A stretch of DNA of 64,000 nucleotides from Octopus vulgaris. Taxonomy: Eukaryota. The stretch lies in contig OX597814.1 in assembly GCA_951406725.2 (NCBI GenBank), positions 188,108,001 to 188,172,000 of the forward strand, written 5' to 3'. Shown here one piece after another: positions 1 through 14,048 of the stretch. How positions within the stretch are numbered: the stretch's first letter is position 1; each line of letters begins with the position of its first letter. Below the pieces are notes generated by a model, which did not search any database, had not been told where the DNA came from, and worked only from the letters and a program-made list of their open reading frames with translations. The position numbers and the translations under genes were made by a program.

Positions 1-420
1 ATTCTTATACAGTTCCAGTGCTGGCTTGGATCTATAGTCTTCGAATCTGCTTTCTCCTTTCTGGTCTTTTGAAGCCCAATTTCTCAAAATTGCTTCTTTG
101 GTAGTGCGATACATATCAAAGAGCCCCAATAATTACAGGTATAAACCTGAACTTGTGATCTGGGTAGATTGACTGTAAATTTCTCAATTGTTCAGTGTAG
201 GAATTTTCTTTTTCGCTCAACTTTAGCTGTTTGTTAACATCTGCTCGGCAGCTGATTTCTACTACTGTATACAGTTTCTCTTCTCCATCCCAAATCGCAA
301 TGTCAGGTCTATTGTGTTTACATTTTATTGAGGTTTTCATTGGGACATTCTACCAGTACTCCTTATTATGGGTGGCTATGGCTTCTACCATACTGTGGGT
401 TCTTTTTCATTGCAGTCAGT
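1..420 (-). mobile_element. 5'-truncated R4/Dong-type non-LTR retrotransposon remnant (restriction-like endonuclease domain)
   Basis: ORF 116..340 reads KHNRPDIAIWD...VVEISC...K...Y...IPVIIGAL, the RPD..E..K..Y signature of RLE-clade elements. It runs off the window start. Confidence 0.8.
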
Positions 421-488
421 ATGCATGTATGTATGTATGTATGTATGTATGTATGTATGTATGTATGTATGTATGTATGTATGTATGT

Positions 489-1186
489 CTCTTCTATTTT
501 TTAATTATTATGAATCTTCCACTGAGGAGGGAGCCGGTTTCCAACAAAGATACAAGGCTCCGTTTTTGGGATGTAGTCAACACAGACAAATTCACATTTG
601 GAACTTGAGAAAAGTCTTGCATATTTTTACTGTCCCATCACAGATTGCACTTGTACGAATTAGCCAGTCGATTTCTCTGTGAAAATCCCAGTTTATCCAG
701 ATTCTCCTTTAAGCATTTACTAATAAAACCTAGTGCTCCAATTATTATTGGTATGAATATGAATTCGTAGTCTGGATATAGAAGCTGGAGGTTTCAAAGC
801 AGTTGTCCATAGATATCCTATGTGATGGTACATACCTTTGCCCCTCTGTCCTAAACAACAATATCTGGCCTGTTATCTTTACATTTGACAGAAGTTTTGA
901 TGAGAATATTCCACCGGTATTCCTTGATTTGGTGTTTATGAATGTATTCCATAACAGAGGGATTTTTAAAGTATATTTCAGGACAGTCTATTTTTGCGGA
1001 TGGTTTTGTAAATTGTTTTGGCAACAACATCGTGTCGCATAGGGAGGTAGCACCGTGACGACATTTTAGGACAGCTGCTAATCACACGCGTGATGTCTTC
1101 CACAAAGACATGACATAGCCTACACATGCTGTTGCACCTTGGGATTACAAGAGCGTCATTGTCTCTCGTGTTCACCAGGTACTTCG
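489..1186 (-). mobile_element. Second 5'-truncated, degenerate R4/Dong-type retrotransposon (CCHC knuckle, RLE end, 3' UTR)
   Basis: ORF 978..1175 has CRLCHVFVEDITRVISSCP...RHDVVAKTIY (CCHC region plus RHD motif). Near 750-690 the minus strand reads PIIIGALGFISKCLKENLDKLGF. Both ends abut (TATG)n. Confidence 0.8.
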
Positions 1187-1561
1187 TGCGTATGTATGTA
1201 TGTACGTCGCTACCTTAATATTTTGTCAAGGGCACTAGCGTCATGAGCAAAAGCATTTCCAACAGGTAATTGAAACCAGCCAGAAAACTCATTTCATCGG
1301 TCACTCACCACTGCTTTGAAATGAAACACACACATACACGCGCACGCGCACGCACGCACACACACATAAAGAAATACATACATACAAACAAAAACATACA
1401 GAGAATCACATAAACACAGATATTTGTTTGTGTAAACACAAATTCAAACAACAATATATTAAGTACTCTTTCTCTCGTTTTGCATCTCGAAATGCTTGAA
1501 TGTGTGTGCGTGTACGTACGTATGTATGCATATATGTATGCACACACACACATATATATAC

Positions 1562-1602
<41 letters not shown>

Positions 1603-1944
1603 CGCACACACATATATGCATGCATATATATATACAAGCATATACGCATACACATGCAGATATATTCATGGTAAACAATTTTGTTAACCGAAGTATGCTG
1701 AAACGATAAGCAATGCCAAGAGAGAAAGAAAAATAAAGACGGGAACAAAACAAGAGGTAAAAAAAATGTAAATAATGTAAATAGCCAAAAAAAAAAAAAG
1801 AAAGAAAAAAAGCGAACAGAAATTAAAAAGAATATGACAACGAAAGATATTCAGTTAAGTAAGAATGCCAGAAACCTTGAAATACGGATGCGTGCGTGCG
1901 TTTATGTGCGGTTGTGTATGCACTTGTGTGTGCGTGCGTGCGTT

Positions 1945-1990
<46 letters not shown>

Positions 1991-2109
1991 TGTGTGTTCT
2001 AATCTATGTAAAGCTGGTTTACGATTCCTTGCTCTTCGTTTTTTTTTTGTTATTTTGTTATAACTTGCACTAGCAACATGGACAGTTCTACGTAAGAGAA
2101 CAACAGCAA

Positions 2110-3025
<916 letters not shown>

Positions 3026-3269
3026 TGACAGCAAGGATAGAAGATACAATAACAAAACCAACAAAAAAAAAAGCAATGGCGAACGTCAATACGGACAATT
3101 TATTAATAAATGTAACTTATTTCTTGTTAAGTTGTTGTTTATATTGTACTCCAAAAGTTATCAGAATTTTAGTATGGCCGCAGGGCTTCCTATCTCAATG
3201 CAAAGAGTTTACAAAGTAAAAACTCTTTGCATTTCATGCAACCGCATCTTCACAGGCACACGCACGCAC

Positions 3270-3300
<31 letters not shown>

Positions 3301-3529
3301 ACACACACACGTACACACTCATGCGCACAAGCGCAAATACGTACATGACTTAAGATATTTACTCGTGAGTATACATACGTACATACATACATATATATAT
3401 ATACGTAAAGTCCGTTTCCATGTTTTTCTTTTTATGCTTTCGTTTCTCATTGTGTTCAACGTATTTTTGTTGTCCTGTACCCATATATGCATGTATATAT
3501 ACATATAGATGTAGGTATGTACATATATG

Positions 3530-3570
<41 letters not shown>

Positions 3571-3834
3571 TAATGCAATACGAGAGTATTGCTTTCCAGT
3601 AAAGAATAGCCCGTGAGGGAAAATTATACATAGAAGTAAATATATTTACTTCTATGTATATATATATATATATATATATGTATCGTAATTGAAAGTTCAT
3701 AAACCAGATAGATAAAGTATGGAAAATATGTAAATGGATTTTCGTATGCATAAACACACATGCAAATATACTTAAGTATTTATACAAACACACATGTACT
3801 ATACCCTCAATATCATATCCTATCATATCAAATC

Positions 3835-3946
<112 letters not shown>

Positions 3947-4178
3947 GTGATACACGATCCCTATTGATTGTTTTTTCTTTTTACTTTCTTTTTTTTCCCG
4001 ATCCCTTTTGATCGAAAACCTACCTCCCCCTTTTTTTTCTCCCCAAAAGAAAAGCTCTACTTTGTAATTTGTCCCCTGTGTGGCTAGTAGAGAAACATAT
4101 CTATCTATAGGCATTCTGTATAGTAGTAGTGGTAGTAGTAGTAGTAGTAGTAGTAATTGCTGTTCTCTTACGTAGAAC

Positions 4179-4211
<33 letters not shown>

Positions 4212-4415
4212 TCACATACATACAAACACAAACACGCGTACATAGGTATGTCATTATGTATGCGCTTGTATATATATATATATATATACACACATATGAA
4301 GTGGTAACGTGCTTAGTGCATGTAAGGAAAAGATCAAGAAACGGACGGAAAATGGCCGAACAGATAGATATGAAGTGCGAATAAAGCAGACCAACACAAA
4401 GTATGTGTATTTTAT

Positions 4416-4463
<48 letters not shown>

Positions 4464-4764
4464 GCGAGAGCGTATGTGTGCGCGCGTGTGTATGCGTATA
4501 TGGATGTGAGAGAGTGGAGCAAGTTAAGAAACTGAGAAAAAAGAGAGTAAGCTATAAACGGGGGAACACACAACCCCTCTCGCCATCTCTGTGTGCGTGT
4601 GAGCATGTATATATATATATATTTATAATATATAAATAATATATAATTATATGCATATATGCATACATATATATACAGTACATATATGTATGTATACATG
4701 TATATATTTATATATTTTGCATTATTATATGATCGAACGCCACGCATACTTTTCCAAGTAAGTT

Positions 4765-4835
<71 letters not shown>

Positions 4836-4836
4836 C

Positions 4837-4882
<46 letters not shown>

Positions 4883-4904
4883 GTGTAAAGAGAAGCCTGG
4901 AGGA

Positions 4905-4940
<36 letters not shown>

Positions 4941-5126
4941 GGAGAGAAAAAGAAAGAGAGATAGAGAAGAGAGATCTAACAATTTTGGTTAAGACTTACA
5001 TACTTATAGGTACATGGAATAAAATGTTGATAGAGAGAAAAAGAAAAAAAAAAACATGATATAAATAAATCGATAGTCCAATAAATAAAAGGATAGAGAA
5101 AGGGAGAGAAGTTGAGAAAAGTGAGT

Positions 5127-5170
<44 letters not shown>

Positions 5171-5394
5171 TTAAAAGAGGTAGAGTGAAAAGCATGTCGA
5201 AAGAATGAATTTCAAATAAAAGATCACAGAACTTCAAAGGATATTTGAAGCTTTATCTTGAGAACGGAATATTTTTGCTGGAGATAGAAAGGATGAAAGG
5301 AAATTATAGGATCCAGTTCAAGAGCAACATGGAACAAATATTGAATATCGTTAGACATGTATAGATCTGCTGGTACAGTGTCCTAGCTTCTCAA

Positions 5395-6081
5395 ATAGTG
5401 ACCCAGCTATATTTGTCTACATAGGTTGACCCAGCCATATTTTTTTACATAAATTGACCCAGCTATATATGTACATAGGTTGACCTAGCCGTATTTCTAC
5501 TTAGATTGACCCAGCTATATATCTGTAGAAATTGATCCAGCTATATATCTAAATAGATTGACTCAGCAATATTTCTACCCAGATTGGCCCAGCTATATAT
5601 CTACATATTTCTACGTAGATTGACCCAGCTATTTTTCTGTAGAGATTGATCCAGCTATACATATCTACATAGATTGACCCAGCTATATATCTATCTATAT
5701 AGATTGACTCAGCAATATTTCTACACAGATTGGCCCAGCTATATTTGTCTACATAGGTTGATCCTGCAATATATTTGCATAAATTGACCCAGCTATATAT
5801 GTACATAGGTTGACCCAGCCGTATTTCTACGTAGATTGACCCAGCTATTTTTCTGTAGAGATTGATCCAGCTATATATATCTACATAGATTGACCCAGCT
5901 ATATATCTATATAGATTGACTCAGCAATATTTCTACACAGATTGGCCCAGCTACATATCTACATAGGTTGATCCAGCCATATTTCTACATAAACCGATCC
6001 AGCTATATTTCTGTAGAACGATCCAGATATATTTCAACGAAGATTTACTGAACCACATAACCACATAGATTGTCCTAGCTA
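5395..6081. repeat. ~26-bp minisatellite (consensus agattgacccagctatatatctacat) with higher-order duplications
   Basis: Unit repeated more than 20 times. Variant blocks recur at 5451/5781 and 5615/5831. Confidence 0.9.
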
Positions 6082-6083
6082 TA

Positions 6084-6273
6084 CGAGGTAAGTTCATAAA
6101 GTATCCGTCTGTACTATAGGCGTAACAGACAAGAAACTGACGCGGCCCCCTGGCGCGAAAACTTTCACACATGCACAGGAAGGTTGACGTCACCTCCTAC
6201 CCAAACGATTTTGCGCGCACAGCATTAGTTTTGGCGGGAAAAAATCGAATCGTATATTTTTGAACGTACCTTG
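6084..6273. mobile_element. Tc1/mariner-derived MITE inserted at a TA in the minisatellite
   Basis: TA-cgagg...ccttg-TA ends with imperfect TIRs (cgaggtaagttcataaagtatccg / cgtatatttttgaacgtaccttg). The minisatellite unit resumes afterwards (catatctacatagatt). Confidence 0.65.
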
Positions 6274-6974
6274 TACATATCTACATAGATTCACACAACC
6301 TCAAAGAACGAAAGACAAGTTTGATGTTGGCTGGATTTGAAGTCGAAGCCTGGAGCAACAAAATCAAATATAACTTTATGCTCTATCATTCTGATCTCTT
6401 TCCTTCTCTCATTTACTTAGATATTATCTGAAAATCCTTTCTTTCAACTATGATTATATATCTAAAGGTATATATCTCTGATGTAGCCTTTAATATAGAT
6501 AAGTTTGAGTATTTATATATCACTGAGAGGAACACAAAACTTGAAGTGCAGGAAAAAATACAATCAATAACACAATCGCCATCGTCGTCGTCATCCCCCT
6601 CCTTCTCCTCCTTCCTCCTCCTCCTCCTCCTCCTCCTCCTCCCACCATCATCATCATTCGACATGGTTGAACAACTAATCCTAACCAATTGGGATTAATA
6701 GTATGGGTTGTACTATTCACCCTTCCGATCACTCAATGCAAATGTAGCCAAGCAAAATACTTAGTAGTACTTCGCCCGTCTTTACGTTCTGAGTTCAAAT
6801 TCCGCCGAGGTCGACTTTGCTTTTCATCCTTTCGGGATCGATTAAATAAGTACCAGTTACGCACTGGGATCAATGTAATCAACTGGAATTTTTTAACTCG
6901 GTGAAACATCGTTATGAAGATCTATCTATATAATACGTGAAATTTTGAAATTTCTACAAGTCATGGTAGTTATT

Positions 6975-7362
6975 ATTCTTTTCTACTCTAGACACAAGGC
7001 CCGAAATTTTTAGGGAGGGGCCATTCGATTAGCTCGACCCTAGTACTCAACTAGTACTTAATTTATCGACCCCGAAAGGATGAAAGGCAAAGTCGACCTC
7101 GGCGAAATTTGAACTCAGAACGTAAAGACGAAATACCTATTTCTTTATTACCCACAAGGGGCTAAACACAGAGGGGACAAACAAGGACAGACATAGGTAT
7201 TAAGTCGATTACATCGACCCCAGTGCGTAACTGGTACTTAATTTATCGACCCCGAAAGGATGAAAGGCAAAGTCGACCTCGGCGAAATTTGAACTCAGAA
7301 TGTAAAGACGAAATACCGCTAAGCATTTTGTCCAGCGTGCTAACGTTTCTGCCAGCTTGCCG
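6975..7362 (-). mobile_element. SINE family B (tRNA-like head, Meta-domain-like core), tandem dimer
   Basis: The core gtcgactttgcctttcatcctttcggggtcgataaattaagtaccag occurs twice and recurs more than 15 times in the window. Confidence 0.8.
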
Positions 7363-7749
7363 ACTTATCGTAGTTATCATTATTGTTGTTGCTGTGTTTG
7401 ATGAACGGACGTGTCTAACACGGCTCCGGACACGATCTATGTTTAGTACGTATAAATTGGTTGAAAGCAATTTTTTTGGTCTCAGTTTTAGAAATTTGTG
7501 ATTTCTGAAACATTTTTTTAATAGTTTATATTTTTGTAAACATTATTTACTCGTGCTTTAATATAGCTTCTTGTAGAGGAGCAAGAAGAGGTATAAGCCT
7601 TAAAATTGGTGGTAGTCAAGGGGTCACCCGAAATTTTGGTAAAAATTGTTCGGAAGGAAAATAAACAATATTTGACAATTGCGTAGACAAGCATTTTAAA
7701 AACAGTCAGTTATACTTCAGGAAACACAAGTGGCAAAACCGTAAATTCT

Positions 7750-7820
<71 letters not shown>

Positions 7821-8493
7821 GAGAGAGGGGGGGGGAGAGAAAAGACTATAACTGTAATTATTTGTTTGCGATCGTTGTTATCTAGAAAGAAATTGATAAT
7901 GAGGTCAGCTTCCAAAATAATGATAATAATAATAAAAAAAAAGGTAAGTTACTTAAAACTATGCCTCCTGGCCTGACGATTTTATCATAGAGGAATCAGA
8001 GACGAAAGAGAAGGTTTCATTATGTCCTAGAAGGGGTAGTTAGAGAACTCCCTGGCTGATAGACAGCAAGAATTATGCTCAGCATAGGGCAGATGGCAGT
8101 GTGTGTTTGTGTATTTAAAATTGAGGTCTTGGGTTTCGGCCTAATCTAAGCACGTGCCTGCCAATTGGGAAATGACAGCTAAAAGACGGAGCTTGCCCAT
8201 GATTGTCAGAATAAGTGAGGATCTTTGAGATTCCTCGATTCACTCTAAGTAGCTGTCTTTCCTGCTTAGGAGTTTTTTTTTTGGCTATCTATTGTTTTTG
8301 ATGTCTTCCTTTGTAACTTCTCTTCATGTGTTTTCATTCAGAGAGTTCAAATTCAGCCGAGGTCGATTTTGTCTTTCATCCTTTCGGGGTCGATTAAATA
8401 AGTACCAGTTACGCACCGGCATCGATGTAATTGACTTAATCCCTTACCCCAAATTTGAGGCCTTGTGCTTCCAGTAAAAAGAATTTATTATTA

Positions 8494-8557
<64 letters not shown>

Positions 8558-9754
8558 CATTATTGTTGTTGTTGTTGTTGTAGTAGTAGTAGTTGTTATT
8601 GCTGTTGCTCTCCCCGACATGACAACACCTACCATCTCCAAAACCACCACCACAACCATCAACACCATCATCATCAACATCATCATCATTAACATCATAA
8701 ACCGTGTTGTGTTATTGTCATTGTTGTTAGTGTTGTTAGTACCGCCAAAGTAGTAATCTCTTAACGTTGTCAGGAGCGTGTAATTGGCTGACTATTTAAA
8801 AGAAAAGGAGCAAGAGAGAAAGAAAGAAAGAAAGAAAGAGAGAGAGTGAGAGAGGAAGTGAGTGAAATTGAAAGAAGGAGAAAGAGAGAATAAACGGGAT
8901 CTGGTATCATAACAACCTCAATAATTGGAAACGAAATGTTACCCTGGATATTATGGAAGGGTTGAAGAGATCATAAATCGTATTTCACACTGGAAACGAT
9001 TCAGTTTACAAACTTCTGATAGCTTTAACGACTCTATAATGAGAACTGAAGACAGTTGTGCTGTGTGATGAAAAATTAATTAGTGCAAACAGCAAGGATT
9101 CTCTGAAGATACAAATTGAAAGAGCAGCAGCAGCAGCAGCAACGACAAAGGAAGCAACAACAATAACAACTATAGTTTCAAATACTGGCACAAGGCCAAC
9201 ACATTTGGGGGCAGAGGCTAAGTCGATTACATCGACCCACCCCGAACAAACGAAAGGAAAAGTCGACCATTTTGGAATTTGAATTCAGAATGTAAAGACG
9301 GACGAAATGTCGCTAAGCATTTCACCCGGTGTGCTAATGATTCTGCCAGCTTTCCTCAATGAGCGCAGGGCCCGAAATTTTGGGGGCAGGGGCTGGTCGA
9401 TAAGATCGACCCAGTGCTTAATTGGTGTTTATTTTATCGACCCCGAAAGGATGAAAGTAAAAGTCGACCTCGGTGGAATTTGAACTCAGAACGTAAAGAC
9501 AGACGGCATACATTTTTCTTTACTACTCACAAGGGGCTAAACAATGCCGCAAAGCAGGAGGAAAATATGTCAAAAGTTGACTCTGGAGCTCAGCGCAGCC
9601 CAGCGATTCGCTGGATCGTTTCAAACTGTCTATTTCTTGCCGCCATGGAAAACGGATGTTAAATGATGATAATGATTACTCACACATATATACGAGCACC
9701 GCCAGCAATTTTTTTCCCTCTGTCTTCCCTTCTCGGGATCTTTCCTTCTCCTTT

Positions 9755-9789
9755 GTTTCCGATGAAGAGCTCCGCTCGAAACGTTAAAC
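9755..9789 (+). ncRNA. Minimal type I hammerhead ribozyme motif (Penelope pLTR-type, U4C variant)
   Basis: gttt-CCGATGA-A-gagc-tcc-gctc-GAAA-CG-TT-aaac: helix I gttt/aaac, helix II gagc/gctc, palindromic ACGT helix III. Confidence 0.65.
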
Positions 9790-9893
9790 CCTCCTTCCCT
9801 TCTTTCCTGAGCGTCCAATAATACTTTATTTGTTCCACGTCCTCGCGTTGGTGTGTTTTTTTTGTGTTTTTTTTTGTGTTTTCTTGTTTGGAT

Positions 9894-9972
<79 letters not shown>

Positions 9973-10247
9973 ATGTATATATATATATATACAGTAGTAC
10001 CTCGATTTACGAACGCCTATGATCACAAATATATCGTGCTTTATATATATCAATATATATATTTATATACATATAGATACACACACACACATACACACAT
10101 ATATAATAGTGTATGGAATATACACGGAGAGAAAACCACCATGTGGATTTCTTACATGCTAAAAATGGCAGTCAAAGCTCCAAACCAGGAAAAGACTTTC
10201 TAACATTAAAGCACGTTGTATGCGAGCAAGACATTTGAGTGAATAAA

Positions 10248-10361
10248 CATTTCGATTGACCTTATACCATGAGTTTCGCCGCTAATAACCAAATAAATCA
10301 ACTAATAAGTTAATTGATTAATTAGTCATCCGTTGCTCGTCAGTAAGGTCGTTGTGAAATG
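10248..10361 (-). ncRNA. Type I hammerhead ribozyme with long helix II
   Basis: Minus strand: catttc-acaac-gacctta-CTGACGA-gc...(long AT-rich hairpin)...gc-GAAA-ctcatgg-TA-taaggtc-aatc-gaaatg. Predicted cleavage at GUA (position 10265). Confidence 0.85.
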
Positions 10362-10380
10362 CATAAATATGAGACTACAA

Positions 10381-10776
10381 TCTTTATATATAAAAGAAAG
10401 GTTGTGTGTCTGTCTCCTACGATTTAGATTCCTAACTACTCCCACATTTTGCGGTGCAGTGTAACCAAAAGCGGGTATCTTATAGTCGTGATTCATATCG
10501 AGCCCTTCTGGTTATTAGCGCGCGTCTACGATGAGTCTACGATTAAAAAAAAAATTTACCATCATTTTTTCCCATTTTTTAATGCATTTTTTTGCTATTA
10601 TATAAGGGAAGTAACTCTCTAAAAATGTATTATTAAATCTCAGAACGTAAAGAGCTACAGTAACACCCCCCTTTGTGGTTAGCCATATTGAGATGGCTAT
10701 TATACTTTACATCTCTAAAAATGCTTATATAGTTATTTCCCTTACAAACCCGAGCAACGCCGGGCGATACTGCTAG
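10381..10776 (+). mobile_element. Non-autonomous Helitron
   Basis: 5' TC(tttatatataaaa), subterminal GC hairpin cccgagcaacgccggg, 3' CTAG; inserted between A and T with no TSD. Confidence 0.85.
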
Positions 10777-10914
10777 TATGTAATAAAAATACGAAGTAAG
10801 CACATGCGCATTCAGTTCCATCTTTATACATCAAAAATTCAAATCAAATGCTCTCAAACAGCGTGCAAGTATACATTTGAATTTATTCAACGTTATATAC
10901 ATATATAGATATTC

Positions 10915-11118
10915 ATTTATTCTTTTATTTGCTTCAGGCATTTGACTGCAGCCATGCTGGAGCACCGCCTTTAGTCGAACAAATCGACCCCAGGACTTAT
11001 TCTTTGTAAGCCTAGTACTTATTCTACCGTTCTCTTTTTGCCGAACCACTAAGTTACGGGGACGTAAACACACCAGCGTCGGTTGTCACGCGATGGTGGG
11101 GAGACAAACACAGACACA

Positions 11119-11130
<12 letters not shown>
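10915..11130 (-). mobile_element. SINE family A (CORE-like), 3' half
   Basis: Matches the 3' half of the full copies at 15055 and 55918. Confidence 0.8.
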
Positions 11131-11171
<41 letters not shown>

Positions 11172-11239
11172 TGGCCAAACTAACAGCGGAGCTCGAAGCA
11201 GTCCAATGACACTACACTAAAAAGATTGAAACTGTGCAG

Positions 11240-11766
11240 TGAATGAGCTACAGGGATAGGCTGAGAAAGCTACAACTTTACTCCCTGGAGTGAAGGCGTG
11301 AGAGATATGCAATAATATACATATAGAAAATCCTAGAAGGGCTAGTACCTAAATTCAGTACTGAGTGTTATACAAATGCCAGAACTGGCCGCCATTGTAT
11401 CGTACCAAAAGTACCATCCCTTCCATTTAAATTCAAGACCAGGTACTGCAATAGTCTTGGGTTCAAAGACCCACAGCTCTTCAATGCCCTGCCACGAAAA
11501 TTAAGATCTCTGCTCAAGGTGGAAGTAGACGGGTTCAAAAAGGAACTAGACATCTTCCTCTCCACAATACCGAATGAATCAACAGTACGACATGAAGTGC
11601 AGACGAGGGCAGCGGAATCGAACTTCCTTATACGCTAAATGTACCAATAGCTGGAATAAAGGCACATACAGGAGTGGTGATGTGAAACACCCCAGACTGA
11701 GGAAATCAGAAAGACCATGTGCTCCAGCATGATCACCGCCGCATCGCTGAAACGAGTAAAAGAGTA
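11240..11766 (+). mobile_element. CR1-type LINE 3' remnant (ORF2 C-terminus and tail)
   Basis: Reads SYRDRLRKLQLYSLE*RRERYAIIYI*KILEGLVP...SLGFKDPQLFNALP...FKKELDIFL, the CR1-type C-terminal motif with stops. The tail is gctccagcatg...ctgaaacgagtaaaagagta. Confidence 0.8.
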
Positions 11767-11886
11767 CATACATACATACATAGATACATACATACATACA
11801 TGCGTGCATACATACATACATACATACATACATACATACATACATACATACATACACACACATACATACACACATATGTATATATG

Positions 11887-11934
<48 letters not shown>

Positions 11935-12039
11935 CACATGTATATACACATATATACATACATATGCACGGAAACGCATATATACACGCACACATATACA
12001 CTGAAGCACATACATTTATATTTGTATATGTATTTATAT

Positions 12040-12115
<76 letters not shown>

Positions 12116-12713
12116 CACATGCATGCATACACACATATATGAACATGCATACGCGCACATATGCTTGTGTGAGCATACACATCTAAAAGTACATTAAACA
12201 TGAACCCAATGTGTTATCCATAACGTCGCTGGTTAGAGGTTATTATCATTATATTACATGCTTAGGAATTCATAATGAAGATATGACGACGAGGAATCTT
12301 GTATTTATTTACATTATCCAAATAGCTTTAGTTTGCAACATTCTCCGAGGCGCCTCACTGTATTTGTTGATAAGATCTGTATGACGGTGGTCTTATGAGG
12401 GAGCTTTGTCAGTAACCATCCATGCGTCACCGTTTGTTGTTCCATAGGCAGCGGCACCAACTTTCGATAACATATTTCCTGTACATTGTTATAGAAGTTT
12501 TCGGTCGACATTAACTGGGACTTCAAATAAGAAATTTCTTCTCCGCAAAATCTCGTTCTTACATAAACTGTAGACGTCTGAATGGACGCTTGTGTGTGTC
12601 TTACAGACAAAATATGAAGACAGAATTCCTCAATGTCTATAATATATTTTACTATGTCTACGATACATTTGATTTGGTGGCTGAGTCAGCTGAAAGTTTT
12701 TGTTATAAAATTG

Positions 12714-12874
12714 ACGGAGTGGCTGTGTGGTAAGTAGCTTGCTAACCAACTACATGGTTCCGGGTTCAGTCCCACTGCGTGGCATCTTGGGCAAGTGTCT
12801 TCTGCTATAGCCCCGGGCCGACCAATGCCTTGTGAGTGGATTTGGTAGACGGAAACTGAAAGAAGCCTGTCGTA

Positions 12875-12918
<44 letters not shown>

Positions 12919-13252
12919 ATCAAAAAAGGGGTCGAATTAATTAATTGTTAATAAATTCGACCAAGCAGTATTCGGTATGTAAAGACCATTTACGGTATAT
13001 TTGAAGTATTAATTTATAAAAATATGGTAAAGTAAAGAATTCACTTTACCACACACCGAACTTTTCAGAAATAGCAGCCAAAAATTTGGCTATTTCCTCA
13101 ACTGCAAATAAGTCTCCAGACAATGCATACTCAGAAAAATAACTCACATAGGTATAAGGGAAAAACAATGAAAGATCACATCCATATACGATACCCGTGC
13201 ATTGTCTGGAGACTTTTATTTGCAGTTGAAGAAATAGCCAAATTTTTGGCTG

Positions 13253-13312
<60 letters not shown>

Positions 13313-13537
13313 ATGTGTTTGTGTGTCTGTGTTTGTCCCCTTAGCATTGCTTGACAACCGATGCTGGTGTGTTTACGTCCCCGTCATTTAGCGGTTCGGC
13401 CAAAGAGACCGATAGAATAAGTACTGGGCTTACAAAGAATAAGTCCCGGGGTCGATTTGCTCGACTGAAGGCGGTGCTCCAGCATGGCCGCAGTCAAATG
13501 ACTGAAACAAGTAAAAGAGTAAAAGAGTAAAAGAGTA
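12714..13537 (+). mobile_element. Full SINE family A copy with a ~340-bp secondary insertion in its central (TA)n
   Basis: A box tggctgtgtggt, B box ggttcagtccc, CORE-like ttgggcaagtg, tail (gtaaaaga)n. Foreign segment at 12913-13255. Confidence 0.85.
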
Positions 13538-13763
13538 TGTCTCTACAAATGGCCAGTGGCATATGTTATACTAGTCAAAACTGGATTTGTATTCTCTTTC
13601 GTCGTAAGCCGGTTTTGTTATTTTCCCTGAAGTGGTTCAAAAGGTAATGAATTCGATCTAAAATGTAATAATTTAAAGGCCCTTTCCTTCCGCTTTCATA
13701 TGGTTCCTTTCTAATGAATTACAAATTATTATCATTTACGTTTTTAGTGCGACTAACAACTAA

Positions 13764-13980
13764 ATCTGTTGTGTCTGAGGAGAGTAATTTTCTTTTTGTG
13801 CCTTATAATGTAACACACTCACCGGTAAAATTTCCACTTATTTCTTATTTTTATTTTCTTAAAATTTTCGTTGCGTCTTGCAACCTTTTCAATAGTCTTG
13901 ACTCTCCCGAGACACAACAGAATATGCTTCAACACACGAACTCATATAAAGAATCATGCAAACCAAATCCAAAACGAAAT
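13764..13980. mobile_element. Interspersed repeat with internal inversion (probable Penelope pLTR-derived; other copies at 18745-18882, 21608-21690, 24665-24880)
   Basis: tctgttgtgtctg(a/g)ggagagt...actctcc(c)gagacacaacaga fold-back; the same sequence recurs in both orientations. Confidence 0.6.
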
Positions 13981-14048
13981 AACAATTAAATGCTATCAAT
14001 AAACTGAAAGATAGCTATTAATGCCCTCATATATATTTTATACCTGTT

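Noticed and set aside
5395-6081. CRISPR-like regular repeats
   Set aside because: Contiguous tandem units with no unique spacers, no cas genes and a eukaryotic context.
7395-7440. ttgatga-a-cgga...tccg-gaca-cgatc, HHR-like
   Set aside because: Two core mismatches and no convincing helix I.
12314-12610. 98-aa minus-strand ORF
   Set aside because: No recognisable motif or splice support; at most a highly decayed transposase.
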